A stretch of DNA of 60,631 nucleotides, the filler included, from Hausera hauseri (lineage: Eukaryota), in NCBI GenBank assembly GCA_046269625.1. It is 9 parts of 9 records of this genome, joined end to end, with 100 filler letters (N's around TTAATTAATTAA, not from the genome) between each part and the next. Parts side by side here need not be neighbours in the genome. Positions count along the whole stretch, not along the records: positions 10,124 to 14,548 come from JBJURY010588890.1; positions 14,649 to 24,806 come from JBJURY010229961.1; 7 more parts are not named here. The stretch is one strand, 5' to 3'. The notes below the pieces were generated by a model. It ran no database searches. It had not been told where the DNA came from and saw only the letters and a program-made list of their open reading frames with translations. This document shows positions 10,124 to 22,875 of this stretch, one piece after another; position 1 is the first letter of the stretch, and each line of letters starts with the position of its first letter. The translations under genes were made by a program, and so were the position numbers.

Positions 10124-12304
10124 CAAATGAGGACCTACAAGACAGGACAGCATCAGAAATAGGACATATACTATGCAAAGAAAATAAAACAACAGTATCA
10201 GATCTGATTTACAACAGGTACAGAGGAGGATGGGAAGACTAACAAAAATCTGGAGAAAAAATACCCCTGAGACAGAAATTAATGTAGTGGGTACATGATG
10301 GAACAATGTACGAATGGATGGATTTGATCGTCAGATATGGTGATCTATAATGATAGCCCCATGTTCTGCCAATGGAATGGAAAGGGGGTGGAGTGGTGTG
10401 ATGATCCATTAAAAACACAGGATGTATATTATTTTCTTTGGTACAGATGATGAAACAATTTGATATCACAAGTGTTCTGTGTTATTATCATTATGTTAGC
10501 CCGTGAAACAAGAACATTACTGCTCCTGTGCATATAAATCTTTACGTTCTAGGAAAATCTGCCTTTTGAGAAATATACATATCTACTCTACTTCTTGAGT
10601 TAGCAATTTCAAAAAAGTTTTTCTTTTCAGTGACTTACTCAGTTACTGGCATTTGTTTGTCTAGGAAGGATATGTTTTTTTTTTTCAGTCTGCTTTATTG
10701 CAAAATTCCACATAAGCAAACAAATGCAAGAGAAAAAAAATTAGGAGGCTGAGAAGTTTATATGTTTTTGGAGCTTTATTAGTAAGAGGACACAGAAAGT
10801 AGAATTAATCTCACCGAGGAATAATTTTTTAAAAATCACAACAGGCAACAGAAAGGAAAACTGCAGACAGTTCGGTAGTCATTTAGAGAAATGGCAAAAG
10901 AAAAACCAAAATAAAAAGGAGATACTTATAATGAACAGCAAAAAGGATAAATGATATAGTGTTCTCGTATGCCGATTATAATTCATCGATGTTGTATCTG
11001 TACATTCCCAGTATTTGATTTATTTGACATACTGAACATTTTTATGGTAATTTTTCACAGTAATCTGAGGAGTGAGTCCATTTGGCGGTTTGGTAAAGTT
11101 ACCCAGCGCCTATTCAATTTATTGGAAATTCTCATTGGATTTCTTGTTAAAGCCTTTAGGAATAGTTTTAGTCTCTATATCTTCCGCGATATTTATATCT
11201 TCGTTTAAGAAATATGAGAGGATCTATAGACCACAAAGAAATTTTGTCTTAGTAGAAGTAATATGGGATTTATAAATTATCCTCGTTAGTCCAGTTTTCC
11301 TTCCTTTCTATTGCTTACAGAGTTTTCATTACTTACGTTTTATTAGGTTATACCGTCGGAGTATAAGCTGGATTCCAATAACAATGAGGATGGTCATGGC
11401 GGTCAATAATATGAATATACATTTCTGATTTTCAGTTCCGTTCGTGATCACCATGGAAGTACTCATTAATAATTCTATGATTTGTTTTCTTTATTCCTAA
11501 TTCTTTTATTAACCTATGTTTACTGTATTTACACCACCTTTCGGTGCAGTAGAATATCAAACGTCTTTATTGGGAAATGATACAACATTATTAACTTTAT
11601 TTTGAATCACAAGCTACAGATACAAATCCTAGAATCAATATCAGTAATGTACCTGGAGATTTTCACATTAAAAGACTATCATTAAAAATTATTATAATAA
11701 TTCGTATTTAGACGTTTAATCTTCCACTACACGAATGCGTGCTTCTACAACAACCGTAAACAATCACATAATTATCGCACAATACTACGTAGATTCAAAT
11801 CATTTTCAAGAGTATTACCGAGAAATAATTGTAGTATAATTTATTATTAAGAAGTTGGTCAATCTTTACCTATACATCAACTTCGCAGGAGTTATATAAT
11901 TCTGTAAATTTTATTATATGTCAATTCATAAACAAGGGTCTGTAACTCGTAACACTATCTTTTATATGGGTTTCATTCTTGTTTGGTCATATAATTATCC
12001 TATCGACATTTACTCTTTCTCTAGAATCCAGTTCGAAATCTATGCTCATTTCTCTAGCAATACATCAGGTCAACCCGAAGCATCTGTATCAGCTACAAGA
12101 ATACTCAATAATACGAATAACGTGTCATGTCGAATATTTATACGAAACAAATGGTTTTCCATTCTACCCCTTCCAATTTTATAAAAATCATCAATTGCCT
12201 TTGCATTCAATTATTTTATTTGTAGTCTTTTCTTTTCAATGATATGGTACAATTCAACATTTACTTCTAAACTTAGATATCAGATCGTATCAACATAAGA
12301 CTCA

Positions 12305-12416
12305 ATTAGAACCTGCTATAATTCTCAATTTATATAATCAAAGATAATATATTGAAATTATATTAGAACCTGCTACAATTCTCAATTTATACAATCAAAG
12401 ATAATATATTGAAATT
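12305..12416. repeat. 57-bp direct tandem duplication
   Basis: attagaacctgcta(t/c)aattctcaatttata(t/c)aatcaaagataatatattgaaatt occurs twice. Confidence 0.9.
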
Positions 12417-13010
12417 GTAAAATGAATCAGAGATCAGTATTTATTCGCCCATTTATTTACTCATTATCATTTAAGGAGATTAAATAATTTAATTTTATAC
12501 CCGTTCTGTTAAAAAGACATAGAAGGAGATATATGTACTTGTCAACACATATTCGACCAATTCACTTTGTCTTCATCATTCTAATCTTCGATTTTGCAAT
12601 TTTCTCCATACTTGTACCAGTCCAAAATAGTATCAGCTAATGAGTGTCAGGAAATCCTCCCCAAAACCTTTTATGGATCCAAAATTGAGCGCCAATCATC
12701 GCATATCATCGTCGTCCCAAACTTGCTCCGGTAACAAATGATAATTACCAATCTCACCTTTCATTTCATATAATGAAGTTGATACCCACAACACAAATAG
12801 TGCTCCCTCACTACTGAACAATATTTATACGCAATAGTTTCATCATTTACCCATATACTTCTCGAAATTTTTATTTATAAAGTTTTATTAAACAACAAAA
12901 AAATACATATTTAAAAATAAACCAAAACACTATACTTAACCCACTTTCGATTTACCATCTCAATGCATTCATTAACAATAATATTTACCATTTCCTGATC
13001 TCATATCATT

Positions 13011-14030
13011 TGTTGTCTCGGCTGTATTCTCCATTGATCCGAATATAATATTTCCTGATTAACTAAAGGTACGTTTAGAATTCAAAGTCTTCAATTTCGG
13101 TAACGATTCTCTTAAATTCAAATCGGATTGACGTCTATAGTTGTGTCGAATAATTTCTAAATATTTCAAGTAATCGACTATAATTAATAGCCCTCAATCA
13201 CCTACCGATGGGCAAATCTTCTGGTATTCCTAACTCGAATAGAAGTTTCGTAAAAGTTTGGTTAAAAATTTTTTGTGTGTGTTTCGTGTTTAAATTGATC
13301 TGCTTATATACTATTTTTGCATCTAGAACACCCGAATTTATTAATTCAATTTTTTAATTATACCATTCGTTGGATGAATTGTTGATTCGATATTATTAAT
13401 TTAATTTTTTAATTCCATGATCATCAATTCAATAAATTTTGTTTTGTTTATTTTGTGGTTAATTCAATTTTTCAATTAACTTGGTTTTTTCGTAATCAAC
13501 TTGATTTTGTGGGTCAGTGACCATTCTGTTCGGGTTGGAAATTATTAATTCAATTGTCCAATTACCAACTTCCTGATTCCGTTGGTCGTATTTCTATTGT
13601 GTATCCAGGACTACTAATTCGACTAATTATCCGAATTTATCAACTAATTTAATTTTCTAATTATCTAATTTAACTTTCTCTATTTGTCTAATTCGATGTA
13701 CGATTTACCAATTTAACTTTCTCTATTTGTCTAATTCGATGTACGAAGTGGGTCAGTATATCAATATGGGTAACAATATACTAATAAAGCAAGGAATAAA
13801 AAGTGTACCCATCAATGGGTTTTCATGAGATAAGACAGAAGATATGTTATTTATTTACCATATACCATACTCAATATAATGTCATCACAAGTCATAATCG
13901 CAATATCATTGTTTATCAGATCGTCCTCAAATCAGGTCTATAACATCATGTTATCATGCTCAACGATAGTGTTCCTTCGATATGTCGTCGGGATGTGGGA
14001 CTGGGCTTGTTGGTATATTAGCCCTCAACA
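13011..14030 (-). mobile_element. Candidate LTR (minus strand), distal boundary uncertain
   Basis: It starts TGTTG at 14030 directly after a polypurine tract, with a possible matching end CAACA at 13011. It contains TAGTATATAAG (13303-13313), the same 11-mer as in the family B LTR, and an internal duplication at ~13667-13746. Confidence 0.5.
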
Positions 14031-14548
14031 TTTCTCCCCCCTTCGAAAAGGATTCGGTCCTCCGGATCACTCTGAGTACTGGCATCGATGAAACTGAGGT
14101 TTCTGGGTCTGATTGTCATCGTTGCATCGTTTATCGGATTCATCCAATGGCATAATCTTTGGGTTCGGCTGTCGTAGGTGTAGGAGAAGTGGTAGTATAC
14201 TGATGGTTGTCGGCAGTAAGGGCAAGAGATGCCGTTTTGAAAAGTCATCTGTAAAGCGTCTTCTGGATTGATTGATTTGAGAGATTGTGATCGGAGTTTA
14301 TTGAAACAGGTTGCGCATAATTTGTGATTACATTGAAATTGGACCACCGTTATTCTTTCGGTAAGACATATAGTACATTCATAGGTGGGAAGTTGGTCGT
14401 AGTAGTAAGATTGTAGTGTTGCCCATAAATCAGGAGGGGCTAGATCAGATATAAGATCAATTGGACATTTACTGAAGACAGGAAACCAATCTTCTTGTAA
14501 AGATATTGGTAATGGTGGGCTATAAGAAATAGCTGGTGTGGGTATTAT
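14018..14548 (-). CDS. C3HC4 RING-finger protein (5' partial), 3' cargo of an LTR element
   Basis: The frame is open to the contig edge and reads ECTICLTERITVVQFQCNHKLCATCFNKL...CPYCR. The ORF ends across the PPT/LTR start. Confidence 0.8.
   Translation of the reverse strand: MIPTPAISYSPPLPISLQEDWFPVFSKCPIDLISDLAPPDLWATLQSYYYDQLPTYECTICLTERITVVQFQCNHKLCATCFNKLRSQSLKSINPEDALQMTFQNGISCPYCRQPSVYYHFSYTYDSRTQRLCHWMNPINDATMTIRPRNLSFIDASTQSDPEDRILFEGGRNVEG
14031..14044 (-). promoter_or_regulatory. Polypurine tract
   Basis: The minus strand reads GAAGGGGGGAGAAA immediately followed by TGTTG. Confidence 0.65.
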
Positions 14549-14648
14549 NNNNNNNNNNNNNNNNNNNNNNNNNNNNNNNNNNNNNNNNNNNNTTAATTAA
14601 TTAANNNNNNNNNNNNNNNNNNNNNNNNNNNNNNNNNNNNNNNNNNNN
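14549..14648. other. Artificial contig linker
   Basis: N44-TTAATTAATTAA-N44. Confidence 0.98.
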
Positions 14649-15533
14649 CATTGGAAAATGTGAAGAATGTTTACGTCGGAAAATCCCAACAGAAAAGACA
14701 AAAGAAAAGTTTATTCCTATTAAGAATGATAATTTTCTGGACTAATTGGTAATGTATATTTCGTATGTCGGAGACAAAGATAGCATGTATCCATATATGT
14801 TGGTTATTATTAATCAGTTTTCAAAGCAGAAGGAAGAAAGATTACCGAGTGCATGCTAGTGAAATGGATTTACAGATTTGGAAAACCGAAGTCAATCTTA
14901 ACCGACAACGGTAAGTGTTTTTCGAGAAGGAAATTTGGAGAATTTTGCAAGGAATACGGAATTAAGCAAATGTTCAGCAGTACGTTTCAACATCAATCTA
15001 ATGGATTGGCAGAAAGGGTTATCCGAACAGTTCGAGCTATGTTGTTAACAAGTGCGGCAGGAACGTTGGGTAGAGCATGGTGGAAGTCACTATCGATAAT
15101 TGAATTTTCGATAAATACCACGGTAAAAAGCTCAACGGGACACTCACTGTTTTAAATTGTTTTTAAACGAGAAATCAACTTGCACGCAGCTGGAGGAGTC
15201 ACAAGACAGATCCATAATGGTAAAGTGACACAAAGTATTACACGACATATTACAGAAGCAGCTAACCGAATGGAAAATTTCGAGGGGGAGAAGAGAGTGA
15301 AACGAAATTCTGAAATTGGACAGAAAGTGATTGTGAAAGTAGACCCTCAGAAAAGAAGAAGAGATCCTTATCAGTTCGAAGGACCGTGTCAAATCATTCG
15401 ACAAATTCCGCCACATCAGTGGGAGCTGAAACACATGGAAGATGGTAGAATGATTCAAAGAAGATTGGAATGGTTGAAAAGAGTGAAGAAGGATCATAAA
15501 GGAGAGGGGAAAGTAATGGAGCAGAAAAAATAA
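14649..15533 (+). pseudogene. Ty3/Gypsy integrase remnant (third family)
   Basis: CEEC, WIYRFGKPKSILTDNG, HQSNGLAERVIRT, FSINTT..SSTG.S and FEGPC. A purine tract AAAGGAGAGGGGAAA lies at ~15498-15512. Confidence 0.85.
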
Positions 15534-15859
15534 ATAATAAGCAAATTACTATTTATTTTAATTTGTTTAAATATTGTATAAAAAAGAAAAAACTTTTAAA
15601 ACTCTTAGTCTTCAATTTGAATTATGTGCGACGAGAAACCAAGTGAGATTCAGGATTTCGATCCGCCGACTTTGCCGATAAAAGTTTTCTTTACTACACG
15701 GAGGCCGATATTGAAAAGGTATTCGAATAAACAGATTTTTTACATAATCATAACTTATTTTATATATTATTAAAATATGATATTGACGCCGAATCGAAAT
15801 TGGATGTTGACAACTATGATTTTGTCGGCACCGTAAAAGCACTGGATAAAATTACTGCC

Positions 15860-18800
15860 TCAAATGCAATCTTTAACACGACCATATTGCATCAAATACC
15901 TCTTAATCTTTAACCACCAAGTAAGTTCCAAATTTGAACTGTGAATGATAAAACTATCTCGCCTTCACATGGTATTTCACAATTACCTAAATGTCTGCAA
16001 CAGTACGTTAATATGTCATGTACTCGCGTATTTCAAAAATATGGGTCTTTGACACCAACAAGTAGCACTTTTCATCACATCGTAACACAACACCAAAGAC
16101 CTATTCACCAAATATGCGTCCATCAAATACTGCATTAAATACATCTTGATCTTAAACCATGTCAATCAAATATACGTCAATTATCGCCGCGCCAAAGACA
16201 GGCCGTTGATGCCGAATTCCTAGATCTTGAACGCTCTGGCATAGTACGCCGATCAAGTCGCCATGGTCTTCGCCTTTACATGTTGTTCAAAAAAGACAGA
16301 TCGTTTCGACCATGTGGTGACTATCTGAAGCTAAACTTGTTGACCATAATGGACGCGTACCCCTTACCATTGATAAAAGACATATTACATTTTTTCAACT
16401 CCACCACAATCTATTCTACTATTGACTTAGCCAAGGCTTATCACCAAATCCCAATGGCACTAGACGATATAGAAAAATCCGCCGTTACTGCACCCTTCGG
16501 CCTTTAAGAATATTTATATATGCCTTTTGGCCCAAGGAATGCCGCACAACCTTTTGAGCGTCACATAGATGCAATTCATTCTGATCTTCCTTATGCCCAT
16601 TCTTACATTGATGACATTCTAGTTGTCTCTTCATCCAGAAAACAGCATGAATATCATACGCAATCCATCTTTTACCGTTTATATCAACACAACCTCCAGT
16701 TAAACTTTACAAAATGGCATTTCTTTCAACGACGCATAAATTTCCTAGGGCACGTTATCTCTCCTAAAGGGCATCCTCCTCAGCCTGACCGAGTCGAAGC
16801 CCTCAAAAAAGTTCAATTACCGCCAACAATCACTGAAATGAGGAGCTTCCTCGGCACATTACATTTCGTCCACAAGTATGTTCCATATTGCTCAGAACTA
16901 ACCGCACCTTATGCTCACCTAAGTGTTGGAAAAAAGCATCAACCAATACTGTGGACGCTGGAACTGCTAGAGAAGTTTGATAAGTTACGAGAAGGCCTAA
17001 AAACAGTCGAAATATTAGCATACCCTCAGCCAAACGCCGAGCTTGTTCTTACTACAGGCGCCTCTACTATCGCCGTAAGCGCTGTACTGCACCAAATTTT
17101 TTCACGCAAACCAACACCTCCTGACACCAGATACTCCAGGTTCGACCGAGAAGTACTGGCGATAGTTCTCGCTTTAAAACACTTCGCATTTGCTCACTGC
17201 TCGCGTTTCACTATACGAACCGATCATAAATCCATCATAAATATCGTGGCGATGAAACAACCATCTACTCGGCAAGAACGACAGATATCGTACTTGTCGA
17301 CGTTTAATTTCGAAATTAATCATATCAATGGCGTTATCAACTTAGTCGCAGACTTTTTGTCTAGATCAGTTAGCTCAATTAATTTTAAACCCATTTTCAC
17401 TCAAAATCAACTTCAGGAAAACCAGCCACCTCAAGACATTCTTAAATCTTTCAAATCGTGGAACATCATTGACGGTGTGGCCTTAGACACGTCCAAACCA
17501 GGACAGTCTAAAATAATCATAGCACCTGCTTTGCAAAAACAGGCATTTAACAGTGTGCTTTCTCTACACCACCTTGGTGTTAAGGCCACTTTTCGCTTAC
17601 TTCATCGACAGGTAGTTTGGCCGTCAATGAGTTCTGATGTGCAAGCGTGGGTTAAAGAGTGAGTGGCTTGCCAGAAATTTAAAACCACCAAGCACTTAAA
17701 GCCACCATTATATCATTTCCCTTGCACATCGCGTTTCGAGTCCGTTTATATAGATCTTGTCGGTCCTCTTCTTCCAGACAATGGCCATCAATTCATCTTG
17801 ACCATGATGGACCGTTCATCTAGATGGCCAGAAGCCGTCCTGCTGCGAAGCACAAACACGTTCACGACAGCCAAAGTTTTCATCCGCACTTAGATCAGCA
17901 GTTTTGGATCGCCTAGATTTATCATTTCGGACCAAAGTCCCCAATTCGAATCCAACCTATTGAAATCACTCGATAATCGATTGGGGATTAGCCATATACA
18001 CACAACGCCTTATCATCCCAAATTGAATGGTCTTATTGAGATTTCACAAAACACTGAAAACGTCGCTAAAAATTCTAGCTGAATCCAACGGTAGTTGGAC
18101 AGCTCTTCTTCCGTTGGTTCTGCTTAGCTGGGACAACACACCATCCACTTCTACAGGATGCTCACCTACCGAAGCCTAATTTGGAGCGCCTGCACGTTCT
18201 TTGCTTCAGCTAATCGCCCTAGAGGAAACGCCTACAGATGAAACAATCCGAGCAGCATGGGACCATTTCGTCGCAGTCAGAAAAGACTCGTTCTATAGAA
18301 TACTACGCAACGATAAATTGTATTTACCCGACAGTTTATATTCTGCAAAGTTTGTTTGGCTAAGGAATCAGACGCCATGTGGTTTCCAACTGCAGTATTT
18401 AGAACCCTATAAGCTAATCCAACTACATTCTTACAATGCTGTCATTTTTAAAGACGGAAAGGAACTGGCAGTCCATATAAATAATGTAAAACCTGCCTTT
18501 TCACGATTACTTAAAGTCTGCAACAGTACGTTATTACGTCATATAAATAACGTAAAACCTGCCTTTTCACAATCACCTAAAAGTGTGCAACAGTACGTTA
18601 ATACGAGTTCGTCTCGATACTTATACAACCGAAACTTCTACATCTCCTTCTGTTTCTACTTCTGCCACCACTTTCACTTCATCTTTTTCTCCTGTTCGTG
18701 TTTCTGTTTCCGCATCTATTACACCTTCTACTCCTATTCCCATTCATATTCCAGTTTTACCTTCCATTCCTTCACCTGTTACCAATTCTCCTTCCAACTT

Positions 18801-19039
18801 TTTATCTTTTGGAACTTTCTTCGACAATTTCAATTATTCTCCTTCAGTTACTTCTTTTCCTTTTTCTGTTTTATCTCCGCAGGACACTACATTCAGCATC
18901 ACAAAATGTAACATCGTTTCTCCACAATCTTTTCAGCAAACAGAGACAAAAGCAAAAACATATCGCAAAACTGTCACTTTCAGCAAGTAAAGTAAACATC
19001 GAAGGTATACAACGCCTGCTTCATACTAAAACTGAATAG
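15860..19039 (+). pseudogene. Family A pol (RT, RNase H, integrase, S/T/P-rich tail)
   Basis: FRPCGDY..LN, DAYPLP, IDLAKAYHQIP, MPFG..NAAQ, YIDD, RTDHK, N.VADFLSR, H...H/C..C, IDLVGPL, SD/Q.PQF and YHP..NG. It has many stops and frameshifts and is closely related to 27229-30916. Confidence 0.93.
18474..18605. repeat. 66-bp tandem duplication containing a copy of 15975-16013
   Basis: catataaataa.gtaaaacctgccttttcac.at.ac.taaa.t.tgcaacagtacgtta.tacg occurs twice. Confidence 0.85.
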
Positions 19040-19115
19040 ACAAATAACACTGTTTATTTTCGTGGTTTTCCGTTCACTTTACCTTTATTGTTTTGAACTC
19101 AGCCTAGGAGGATGA

Positions 19116-19921
19116 TGTGATGCCCACCGTTCATTCTTCCCTTTGGTACATTTTGACCGGGCACAGCCGGGTACATGATTTCGTCCCGATGGCACCGTTT
19201 GTCCGGGACAAGTTTACGTCTCTTGGGGACTGTGTTAATTGGCTGTTTTAATAGAAATGCCGTCTCATGGTTATATATTACAATATGACAAAATTACCTT
19301 CAGAAATTTATTAACGTCTAAAGAATTGTATTTGAAAAATTCTCACAACGACAAAACGGAAGCATAATATTGGAATTTATTGTTGGGATTTATTCATCAG
19401 CCAATATTTTAGTGTTCATCATACTACCAATGTATATCGCATTTTATTTGATAATTTTGTTCTTGTGGTATGTTTCCGAAATTCTTTGTGTCGGGTACTT
19501 ATGAAATGTTTTGGTGACCAATATTTTTTATTAGTTTTACACGATTCGTTTGTGTTTTGGACAATTACCGGGAGTTTTAGAGCAATTACTGAATTCTGCC
19601 GATCTAATATTGGTTTTGTTTTAATATTCGCACTTAGCAAGGTTGGCAGAATTTCAAAACTAAATTTTAAAAATATTGATTGCTTTAATGTTACATCAGT
19701 TTAATAATAATAAAAGTATTTTGTAGTTATTATGAGAACTGTTGAATAAAAATTATAATCATTCGGAATTAATAAATCCTCTTATGATTATGATCATCTT
19801 GGTGGGCTATATATCGTTTTCGGGAGTCGATTGATGCACCCAAAAATCACGGGTATAAATACTATTGTATACAATCTTAATTTTTATCAGTAGTATCATG
19901 AACAAGTACTGAATTACAACA
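19116..19921 (+). mobile_element. Family A LTR (~806 bp)
   Basis: It has TGT...ACA ends, is preceded by purine-rich AGGAGGATGA just after pol, and is followed after 2 nt by a PBS. TATA-like (19854) and AATAAA motifs lie inside. Confidence 0.7.
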
Positions 19922-19923
19922 AT

Positions 19924-19936
19924 TGGTGTCAGAAGT
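19924..19936 (+). promoter_or_regulatory. Primer-binding site, tRNA-Leu type
   Basis: TGGTGTCAGAAGT is complementary to the metazoan tRNA-Leu(CAA) 3' end ...ACTTCTGACA-CCA. Confidence 0.8.
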
Positions 19937-19965
19937 ACCAGGCCAGATACAGTTGCGATCGTGTA

Positions 19966-22560
19966 GTGAAGCTAGACTCGACCATTTTAATCGTTTTAGT
20001 CAACTGGAATTCGTGCAAAGCAAATCGGGTAAGTTCGGTAATTGTTTCTGGAACAGTCGGTGATTGCTTTTTGCACTTTACTTATGGTATTTCTATGTTT
20101 TACGAATTGTATGAAGTTGCTGTCGATTCAATTTTTGAACTGAATCATATGAAACATTTGGATGAGGTTTTCATCAAGCGCAGTTTAACGATTGTAAGGT
20201 TTTGTCAATTTTTTTCTATCGTTATGAAAGAACATGTAATATATTATGGGCCGAATTTGGAAACCGTGAAATGGTAGTTTTATGGAGGTCTCGATATGTC
20301 CTGGCGAATGGCTCTGAAATTTGATGGAGACTGTCAGTTTTTTAATTTGTCAAATTCAAAACTTTTTATCAATATCGAATGGCTTTACATGACTGATCCG
20401 TACAATCATTTTTCTTTTCGTCCTACAGCACCAAATCATATTAAATCCTATAAGCTTAAAAGTACTGGTGTACCAATTAATGAAGTGCCAGCATGTACGT
20501 TTTGTACGAATATTCTGCAATTTTTCGAAAGATTTCATAACACCATGCGAAACGTTATTAGTCCTATTCACCGGGGTCGCTATTTTCCGTATTTTAAGAC
20601 AAAGAAAGCATTTCTGGGTCATCGTAATAAAAATATTACTGTGAAAATAAATCTAACTCAATTGTACTTCATTACCAAATATAATATCAAATTATTTGAC
20701 CTAAATGTCAGATGGAAAAGTGTCATCCATCTAAGAAGCGTACTGTAATTTACCAATACGTTAGTAGATGTGATAAATTACAACAGTCCGAAATATTGCC
20801 TGATGATTCTGTCGACAATTCCTAACAAAGTATTTCGACGGCGAGATTTGTCCATTTTGATACATCCGTCGTACGACAGATATTTCTCCTTTTTCGGCCA
20901 CAGTCGCAATTCGGTTATCACATTCAAATCGACCCAGTTTCAAAATCCGAATCAGCCGAAACTTAGAACGTTCACTGCTAGCGCCCCTAAGGCGGGTTTG
21001 TTGCATGTATGAATACTTTCGATGGTTGCCAACGATACCATTCTACAGAGAGTCTATTGTTCTGAAACGATCCTAAGCCAGGTGAAAAGTGACCAAAGCA
21101 GTTCCCTAGCAGCTTATGATTATGTTAATCGTCAATAAAAAGTCATCACCATAAATGAAAAATAACACTTTTGAGCATCATTTACATTGATGAGTGTCAA
21201 CAGTTCAAATTCTGTTTAATTTGCGATCACGTTGTTCTGCAAGTTTATTTTGGCAAACACAAACCTGTGAGGGTAGCTATGTCAGGTATGCTACAAACAT
21301 TTACTTGCTCTTTTATTTCGAGAGTTGCCAACCGTATTACTCGTTTAAACGCCTACAATCAGTTCAACGCTCCACACGCCTGTTTTATTCTGGTAAGGAT
21401 TACATTATACGAACTTCATAAAATATTTTCTAGTAAATTTATAGGTCATACAGTAAAAAAGTCTATCAGTAAATTCCACGCCGTTTTACTTCATACCAAA
21501 AATCAAATCTATACTTTGTTACGAAGTCAGTTGGTACTAGAACACATTTTGTTCTTCGTTGACCGACCAATATATTACTGTAACTCGACGACGTATCTGG
21601 ACAGAATCCATTTCTTACTTTCGAACATTATATGCAAATGTTTCTTTGGTGATTAAACAAGTGTATATCATTTCGAGTACATGTTTTTTGAATGAGATTT
21701 TATCGAATAAAATACAGGATATTTCCTCTTTTATGTGCCGGTTGTTCTTTTGGTCTCTAGTAAACACATTTTTAAATTTTGTTTCTAATATTTGGCCAAT
21801 CGATGAATCTGGATTAACTGTTATTAATGGACATTTTTCAACTGACGAGATTCCGTGCACGAAGGTACGTTGTTCTATGACACCAGAATTTTACCTAGAG
21901 TTTTTGATAAGTACATCCAATAAATCGATTTCGTTATTCGATACGTATTCTGAACAAAAAGGTTGTCGTGAATTTCTCATTACGTATCATGAACGTCTTG
22001 ACGATAGGTTAATCGTCATCCCTATTGAATTATTTGTATTGAACGAGTATACATTCGGTGAAAGAAGCATGTTAATTAATTCACGACATAAATATTGGAC
22101 ATCATTAATTGATAAACTTTACAATTTTCTTGATGAATATGGATTGAGTCACATGTATTCTTCCGTTCCGAGGATTATAATGCTTGACCCCGATTGTTGC
22201 TACAATTTTGTTGAACTCATCTACACAATAATCCAATTTACTACTTCGTCCGACGTTTCTTCCTACTGATTCCAATGAAACTCAATCTCAGACGAAATAG
22301 GTTTCTAACTGTCCTACCTTCGGTACAATTCTCTAACTTAAATCCTGTTGAACTTGATGTCAATGTTTGTCGGAAGTTTAACAAAAAAATTTGCGATGTT
22401 TATATCCGGAATTGATCTGCATCAACGACAATAAATTTAACAATCATTTTTTGGGCGAATTAAATTTCATATTCCTGGAAGCCAATATACGTATTGGAAC
22501 TGTAGCCCAAAGTCGCTGGGAGGAAAATCTGGCAATGTAATGATGTTGAAACGCTCTTTC
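19966..22560 (+). pseudogene. Unidentified coding region between PBS and Ubl-gag (5' cargo of family A copy 2)
   Basis: Chain of same-strand ORF pieces (103, 150, 80, 161, 236 aa), several in one frame separated by single stops. No family recognised. Confidence 0.45.
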
Positions 22561-22574
22561 TTAATTCTCAACAA

Positions 22575-22782
22575 TGGAAATTGATTATTGAAGAAAAATA
22601 CTTAAATTTTCAGGACATATCTTGGCACACCACCGAGTCTTTCCTGAACCAATTTATAATGAATGCCGACGAAGAGTCTATACTTTAATATATCGATTCC
22701 ACCACGGAAATTAATGTCGTCTATGCGATTAGTTTCTGATGAAGGTTGTTTTGTCACGGTGATTCGGCTTCTTCGTGGTGGG
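22575..22782 (+). pseudogene. Possible additional ubiquitin-like domain ending RLLRGG
   Basis: ...MPTKSLYFNISIPPRKL...EGCFVTVIRLLRGG, ~95 nt upstream of the Gag-proximal Ubl. Confidence 0.45.
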
Positions 22783-22875
22783 ACTACGACTCCGGTTGCC
22801 CGCCCGGCGGCCATGGGGCGCGGGGCGACGTCCGCTAGGGTGCCGCACTACCCATCTGGCTACCTACTACCGCCA

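Noticed and set aside
10124-12300. Short ORFs on both strands
   Set aside because: AT-rich, no recognisable domains, and lengths compatible with chance.
15512-15850. Short LTR after the integrase remnant
   Set aside because: A purine tract is present, but the TG start and PBS are not intact, so boundaries cannot be supported.
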